Assembly (NCBI GenBank): GCA_951406725.2
Contig: OX597819.1
Location: 26,598,001-26,662,000 of the forward strand
Origin: Octopus vulgaris
Lineage: Eukaryota
DNA: 64,000 bases
Direction: 5' to 3'
The notes under the pieces are model-generated. The model saw only the letters and a program-made list of their open reading frames with translations. It was not told where the DNA came from and did not search any database. The translations under genes were made by a program, and so were the position numbers. The stretch's first letter is position 1. The number at the start of each line of letters is the position of its first letter. Below are positions 56,290 to 64,000 of the stretch, one piece after another.

Positions 56290-58015
56290 TAACTCAAAAC
56301 TACGTCCGGTAGTGGGACCCTGGTTTCAGGGTTTGAGGAGTACGTGTTCCTCATGTCCACTCTGGGCCGGAATGGTAGCAGGTGTAAGGGCCCAAACTAT
56401 GGGTTAACTAGCAAACCACCCCTGCGACTTGGGACGGGCGGTAGAATGCAGTCGCCGTATTCCCTGCGTGGCGTAAGAAGCGACTGAAAGAGGCGGGAAC
56501 GAAGAGATGGGAATGCACTCCTCCTAGTAATTCTGTTTCCTAAAAAGACAAGAAAAGAACAAGGAGATAGAAGTTTACCATCAAATCCCACCCTAGTACT
56601 AGGATCATGGAATCTGTGTGGATGCAGTAAAGTGAGGTAAAGAGGAGTTAGATAGGAAATGTGATGATGAGGAGAAGGGTGTATGTGCTTGCACTGACCG
56701 AAACTAAGATGAAAGGTAAGGGAGAGTATCAGTTTGGTGATGTGACTGGACGAGTGTCGGGAGTGAAGGGGAAGGGCTCGCGAGAGAGTGGCATTGCTGG
56801 TGAGTCAGCGTGTGCAGGAGACTGTGGTGGAGTGGAAGGAAGTGTCTTCAAGATTAGTGTGGGCTAAGACGAAGTGGGGTGGTGAGATGTGGGTGTATTT
56901 TAGTGCGTACGATCCAGGGAGTGAAAGGTGTGATGGAGAATTTGAGGAGTTCTGGAGGGAGTGTGGATAGGGTGGGGAAAATTGGAGGTGTTGGGTGATT
57001 TAAATGTGCGAGTAGGAAATGAGGAAATACAAAATGTAGTATGTAAATATGGAGTTCCTGTTCGGAATGTGAGTGGAGGGAGGTTGAGGGAAATGTGTAT
57101 GGAACTGGACTTGGTGGTGGGGAATAGTCTTTTTAAAAAGTGAGAGAAAAACAAGTTCACACGATGGGAGGTGGAGGGAGGAATAGTAGTGGATAAGGTA
57201 TGTATTAATTGATAAGAGAGTAGCAGGAAGGTTGGTGGGTGTGCATGTAATAATGAGAGGTGAATGTGGAGGAGTGTGAGATCACTTCTTAGTACAGGGG
57301 TAGTTGAAAGTATGTTCCAAATAGAATGCTGGACGAGGGAGAGGGGAGAAAGAGGTTGTGATGGTGAGTGAACAGGATAACAGAGAGAAGGAGCAGGATC
57401 ATGTAGAGAAATTGAGAGGTGAGTAAGAACAGGTAAAAAAAAACCGGAGATAGAAGATATAGGGGAGGAGTGGGAGCCCTTTAGAAAGGCCGTAATGAGA
57501 TGTGACTTTGAGGTATCTGGTACACGAGTGTTTGGAATGGCTGTGAGGAAAGTTAGTGAGTTGTTGAATGAGCAGGTAAGGGATGCAGTAGCAAAGAAGA
57601 AAAGAGTCTTTGAATTGTGGTTGCACAAGAGGGATGGAGAGGCTTATGAGCGTTACAGAGAAGTGAAGAGAAGATGAAGAGAGTGGTGAGTGTGGGGAAA
57701 TGTGAGGCGAGTGAAAGTTTAGGGAACATTTTGAAAGGAATAAAGCGATGTTGTGGAAAGTGGTACCTAGGGTAAGGAAGGTGGTTGGAGGAAGGGAAGA
57801 AAGGGTGAAGGATATAAATGGAAATTTGCGGAAAGATAGGGAGGATATACAAAGGAAATGGGCAGAGTATTTTAGTGAGATGTTTAATGTGGAGGACGAT
57901 GGGGAGGCAAGTATAGTGGGTATAGGAGGAGAGAGGAGAATGCCTGGTGATGGGCAATGGATATACAGTGCAATTGACAAGGAGGAGGTGAGGGAATCTT
58001 TGCGGGATGGGGCGC
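56290..58015 (+). mobile_element. RTE-clade LINE 5' half (UTR, APE endonuclease, linker), 3'-truncated
   Basis: LGSWN, VLALTETKMKGKGE, SSRLVW, SAYDPG, LGDLNVRVG, RNVSGGRL..C...LVVGNSLFKK, KWAEYFSEMFN; many stops. Confidence 0.9.
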
Positions 58016-58165
58016 TCCAATGAAGAATTTTAGTTGATCACATTGAACCCCATACTTGTTTTTAAACCTAATAATCATTCCATCGGTCCCTCTTGCCGAA
58101 ACACAAAATTACAGGACCTAATGATGAGAAAACAGATGAGAAAACACAGACAAACACACCGATGC

Positions 58166-58219
<54 letters not shown>

Positions 58220-59087
58220 TGAACTGACAGAACACAACGAGGGGAAAAAGTTAGACGAAAGCAGAGCAAACTGGAAACAAGACGACAATTTAACAGGCGG
58301 CGACTATAGACAAGGTCATGATATACGAAATATTCGCAGTTGAATTTTCTTTGTCGGCCAATAACTAAAATATCATCGTGATTTCGCACCATTATCATTG
58401 AGACCACTCAATCTTGGGGGTGCCAGGGCTGCTATTGAGCTACTTAGTAAAGGCTAAGGAGACGGAAACAAAAAGGACGTACATAAATACAACTGACGGA
58501 GAATTATGCATATATTACAAGGCGAAGCCTTACGGCTATATCAACGGGTAAAAAGATAATAATATTTATACAAATACCACAAATACAACAGATAGAGCTT
58601 TGCAGCTATCGACAGGTGTACGCATTTTTAATAAAATTTATTTAAACACAATATATAAGAATATGTACACATGTTAATGCATGTATATATGTACGTTTTG
58701 TTTTATCTGCCCTAAGTTTTCGAACACATCTTATAAAGCAGCATGCATAATTCTGTTCATATGTGTGTGTGCGTGTGTGTGTGTGTGTGTGTATGCATGT
58801 GTGTGTGTGTGTATGTGTGTGATGGCTTTTGTAAGGCAGCATCGATTTTTTACAATTCTGTGAATAATAATAATAGTATTGTTAATGTTGAGGACTATAA
58901 GCAATGACTATGTAATGACTAATTGGGTATATAAGCATTCGACAGAGAAAAGTACGTTTTCCAGTACGCATAGAACTTGAACCCATATCTTATTACTTTA
59001 TTTTCTTTACTTGTTATTGCACGGTGATCGGTTATAAGCTTTAAGCTTATAAAATACTATTATTAATATATATCTTTTTTTTTATTA

Positions 59088-59315
59088 TTTTACTTGTTTC
59101 AGTCATTTGAGTGTGGCCATGCTGGGGCACTGCTTTTAGGCGAGCAGATCAACTCCAGGACTTGTAAGCCTAGTACTTATTCTATCTGTCTCTTTTGCCG
59201 AACCGCTAATTTATGGGGACCTTAACAGACCAGCGTCGGTTGTCAAGCTATGCTGGGGAGACAAACACATACACACAAACATATAGACACATACATACAT
59301 ACGTACATGCATACA

Positions 59316-59365
<50 letters not shown>

Positions 59366-59525
59366 ACGGAATTATTTCAGTTTCCGTGTACGAGATCCAC
59401 TCACAAGTCTTTGGTCGGCTCAAAGCTATAGTAGAAGACACTTGACCAAGGTTCTACGCAGTGGGACTGAACCCTGAACAATGTGATTGGTAAGCAAGCT
59501 ACTTACCACACAGACACTGCTGAGC
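59088..59525 (-). mobile_element. Family C SINE
   Basis: Reverse-complement match to 17243-17693. Confidence 0.85.
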
Positions 59526-59526
59526 T

Positions 59527-59558
<32 letters not shown>

Positions 59559-59833
59559 TCATGTTAGAATAACCATTTCTATGGGCAAAAGGGACACTAA
59601 GGTAAATTTATTCTAACTCGAATTATATCGTATTGATTCGTTCCACTCGTAATAATCCTAAGCATGTGCAAATGCCTAAATGTCTGGGTTCAGTTGTAAG
59701 CAAGATTACGAATGTCACTCTATTCAATGCATGCTTCAAGACTGCTACTCTAACCTTTAAACTGTTAAATCTATTCACCATTTAATTTACTCCCATTTTT
59801 GGATACCTCTCTCAGCAGTTTGTGATCTGTTGA

Positions 59834-59891
<58 letters not shown>

Positions 59892-60063
59892 ATCATTATT
59901 ATTATTATTATTATTATCCATATACACACAACAGACTAGACGATTAGATGCCAAAAATCCTCCTAACGTGTTATAGCAAGTAACATAAGATGCCAAGAAC
60001 CATCGTTATTATTATTATTATTATTATTATTGCTATTATTATTATTATCATCATTATTATTAA

Positions 60064-60591
60064 TGAGAGACCAACGCATGCGACCAAATTGACACGAAGC
60101 CCATTAAACGCATCATGAGTATCCATCTGAAAAGGGTACAACAGATACATGCATCTCAACCATGAGCGACATGGCGATCTCGTATCACTATAAACAGCAC
60201 AAGACTTTCCAAGACGGGTCCAATTAGAATTTATTTTTATATCGAGTAGCCTACCCGCTCAAAATTTCCCTGAATAAGGTTTATTTAAGGATGTCGAACG
60301 AAGCATCCATCTTTGCTAAGGTGAATTGTTCAAATCACAGAGAATTCCTCTCGATATGTGGCTATGATACGCTCCCACTACTTCTGCTCAAGATTAGAGA
60401 TGCACATATCGTCTTCCACTAAGCGGAATTCTCAACTGGTTTAGGTCAGGCAAATGACAATCAAATCTGTGGTATCAAGCAGAATGTTTGCTGTGGATCA
60501 TATTTTAAACAGACATAACATATACACGATAACACTTCTAATCAGTTAAGATGAAATGCTATGGCAGCCACTGCCCGGCACTGCTCAGGGT
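60064..60591 (-). mobile_element. Third, older copy of the AAT-associated element
   Basis: Reverse-complement similarity to 15611-16143; flanked by (ATT)n on the plus strand. Confidence 0.7.
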
Positions 60592-60645
60592 ATTGAGAGC
60601 CACTACCTATCGCTGCATATTATTATTATTATTATTATTATTATT

Positions 60646-62127
60646 GAAACAAGGATCACTTTACCCCAATGAAGTAGAGACAACTGACTCAACACTACAG
60701 TAAACTACCACACATGTACGGTCTCCCTAAGATTCACAAGAATGGTATTCCATTAAGACCAATAGTGAACTTTAGAAGTTCAGCATGTCATCCACTGAGC
60801 CGTTTTCTTGTGGATATAATCAGTCCATTAGCAAGAAAGTCAACATCGTACGTGAAGAATTCCACCCACTTTACAGAATTCATCAAGGATACTCCTATAG
60901 AATCCAACCAAATTGTAAGTATAGATGTGATAAGTCTGTTCGCCAAAGTCCCAACTGGTGAAGCCCTATCGGTGATTCAAGAAAATCTAGTGACAAACAC
61001 CCATCTAAAATAACGCACAAGTTTACCAATAAGAAACCTGATGGAAATGTTGACTATCTGTGTAGAAACTACTTACTTCAGCATAGACATTGACATATAT
61101 CGACAAAAAGAGGGTTTACATATGGGTTCGCCATTGTCACCGATAATAGCCAATATATACATGGAATACTTTCAGAATTTGGCTTTATGATCAACACTAC
61201 TAAAACCAACCCTATGACAGCGATATGTTGATGGAACCATTATACTCTGGCCCGACCAGGAATATGTCGAAATGATGTTAGATCATGTGAACTCGAATAT
61301 AACCATCCATACAGTTCACAATGGAAAAGGGAAAAGACAATCAGCTAGCTTTCCTGGACGTATTAATAACACGCACCAAGTATGGATCCAAGACATCTGT
61401 ATACTGCAAGCCGACCTTCACTGGACCAAACCTCAACTTCAATTCCCATCACCCATACAGTGTAAAGAGAGGGATTGCTCAGTGCCTAAAACATCGAGCA
61501 ATGAATATAAGTAGCGATCGTAACACCCACCCCGAAGAAATGATCAAGCTAAGTAAAAATCTATTAAGTAACAACTACTCCAAAAACATACAATCCCCTC
61601 CAATGATAAAGAAAAGGGAGGATGAAACCAATAAACTGTCCACAGTTTGCCTACCCTATGTGAAAGGCCTCTCCCAAAAAGATACGAAAGATATGCGACC
61701 CATATGACATCAGGGCAGTATTGAAAAGTAATACAACACTTCAGAAATATATCCTAGTAAAACCACCAATAGAAGAGAATATGACTAAGAACTGCGTGTA
61801 CTGCATCCCATGCAGCTGCGGTAGGTTATACAAAGGCGAAACATGCCGCCCCTTCAAAATAAGTATAGATGAACATCGCGAAGCTGTCACAAAAGGCGAT
61901 ATTGATAAATCAAGTATAGCTGATCATGTATGGAAAAATAGAGATGATCTTCTGCTGTGGGATGAAGTTAATATAATAAACAGACAACACCACTAGAAAA
62001 TACGTAAACTAAAAGAAGCAGCACATATGCTAGTACACAACAACATCTTAAGCAGACTGAGTGAAGATATGAGTAGCATATGGGAACCAGTATTAAGGAA
62101 GGATAGAAATATATTAAAATTCACTCC
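60646..62127 (+). mobile_element. Penelope-like element (RT + GIY-YIG), decayed
   Basis: YGLPKIHKNGIPLRPIV, SIDVISLFAKVP, GLHMGSPLSPIIANIYME, RYVDG, LAFLDVLI, VYCKPT, LPYVKGLS; GIY-YIG NCVYCIPCSCGRLYKGETCR. Confidence 0.95.
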
Positions 62128-62194
62128 ATAATTGTCCACGGGTATATTTCGTAGTGGCTAAGATACCGAGTTCGATTCCAGGTGGTGACCTGAA

Positions 62195-62217
62195 CAATAA
62201 TAATAATAATAATAATG

Positions 62218-62252
<35 letters not shown>

Positions 62253-62472
62253 TATAATAGTAAAAATGATAATAATAATTATAATTATAATAGTAAAAAT
62301 GATAATAATAATAATAATAGTAAAAAGGATAATAATAATAATAATAATAATAATAATCATTATTATTATTATAATAGTAAAAATGATAATAATAATTATA
62401 ATTATAAAGGTAAAAATGATAATAATAATAATAATAATAATAGTAAAAAGGATAATAATAATAGTAAAAATG

Positions 62473-62523
<51 letters not shown>

Positions 62524-62540
62524 GTAAAAATGATAATATT
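62195..62540. repeat. Compound (AAT)n with recurring agtaaaaatg/agtaaaaagg units
   Basis: Direct reading. Confidence 0.9.
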
Positions 62541-62541
62541 A

Positions 62542-62892
62542 TAAGGTATACTAGCCATCTCAATATGGCTAACCACTAAGGGTGGGTGTTACTGTAGCTC
62601 CTCCAGCTGGCTTTAGGCATACTTTCTGTGCCCTTATGGTATTTGCAAAGGGAGGTCACCCCTCCCTCGTCAACCTACGTGATACGCACGGACTGCAGTT
62701 TCTAGGTATTTGCCTGTCTTCAGCGTACGGCAATCACCGGTTGACGAGGGAGGGGTGACCTCCCTTTGCAAATACCATAAGGCACAGAAAGTGTGCCTAA
62801 AGACAGCTGGAGACGATGTTCTCCTGAGGCTACAAGCTACAGTAACACCCACCATTAGTGGTTAGCCATATTGAGATGGCTAGTATACCTTA
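62542..62892. mobile_element. 351-bp foldback/MITE-like element with ~130-bp inverted arms
   Basis: taaggtatactagccatctcaatatggctaaccac...ctcgtcaacc and its reverse complement; ~20-nt insertion in the right arm; TA at both ends. Confidence 0.9.
62685..62729 (-). ncRNA. Minimal type I hammerhead ribozyme candidate with palindromic stem III
   Basis: CGUACG CUGAAGA C AGG-CAAAUA-CCU A GAAAC UGCA GUC CGUGCG: intact core, 6-bp stem I, GUC site, self-complementary ACUGCAGU. Confidence 0.75.
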
Positions 62893-62957
62893 CATTGTCG
62901 TGCAGTTACTGTTTACATCTCGTTCAAAGATTTATTATTGATAATAATAGTAATAAT

Positions 62958-62993
<36 letters not shown>

Positions 62994-63048
62994 GACAACG
63001 GCATCGAAAAATACTTTACAAACGAAATCCTAGGTTCGAAATTTTCCC

Positions 63049-63096
63049 AAGACACCTTATGAAGGCTGGAGGGTATATCAGCCGAAACGTTGTCTT
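63049..63096 (+). ncRNA. Mutated Penelope-type minimal hammerhead
   Basis: AAGACAC CUUAUGA A GGCUG-10nt-CAGCC GAAAC GUU GUCUU; G5U substitution in the core; palindromic AACGUU. Confidence 0.65.
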
Positions 63097-63266
63097 AACA
63101 ACATACAAGATGAGGACATATATCCGTCAAATGTAAATTATAGATACTATTATTATGGCAGAATCGTTAGCAAACCGGGTGAAATTTTTCGCGGTATTTT
63201 GTCAACCGCTACGTTCTAAGAAAGACGGAGAAAGAAAATCGCCAGCGATACACACGCGGTCACAAG

Positions 63267-64000
<734 letters not shown>

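Noticed and set aside
62195-62540. Regularly spaced agtaaaaatg units resembling a CRISPR array
   Set aside because: Spacers are just (AAT)n, the context is eukaryotic and there are no cas genes; a slippage-derived compound microsatellite

Overview
AT-rich, microsatellite-dense animal genomic DNA; the SINE, LINE and microsatellite content fits a cephalopod, most likely Octopus (inference). Only two host exons are supported: 21944-22010 and 44980-45244 (+). They splice in frame across a ~23 kb intron into the first C2 domain of a BAIAP3/Munc13-4 (unc-13-4)-like protein, so the whole window is probably intronic to that gene. The rest is a transposon graveyard: Tigger/pogo, mariner, Tc1-like, RTE, R4/Dong and Penelope remnants, four tRNA-SINE families and several foldback elements. 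There is also a 100-N gap next to a ~97%-identical duplication. The most unusual signal is a series of minimal hammerhead-ribozyme-like motifs, several tied to long inverted repeats. The best is a near-intact hammerhead at the apex of a 351-bp foldback (62542-62892). Most listed ORFs are microsatellite or TE artefacts. All homology calls are from motif recognition, not from searches.
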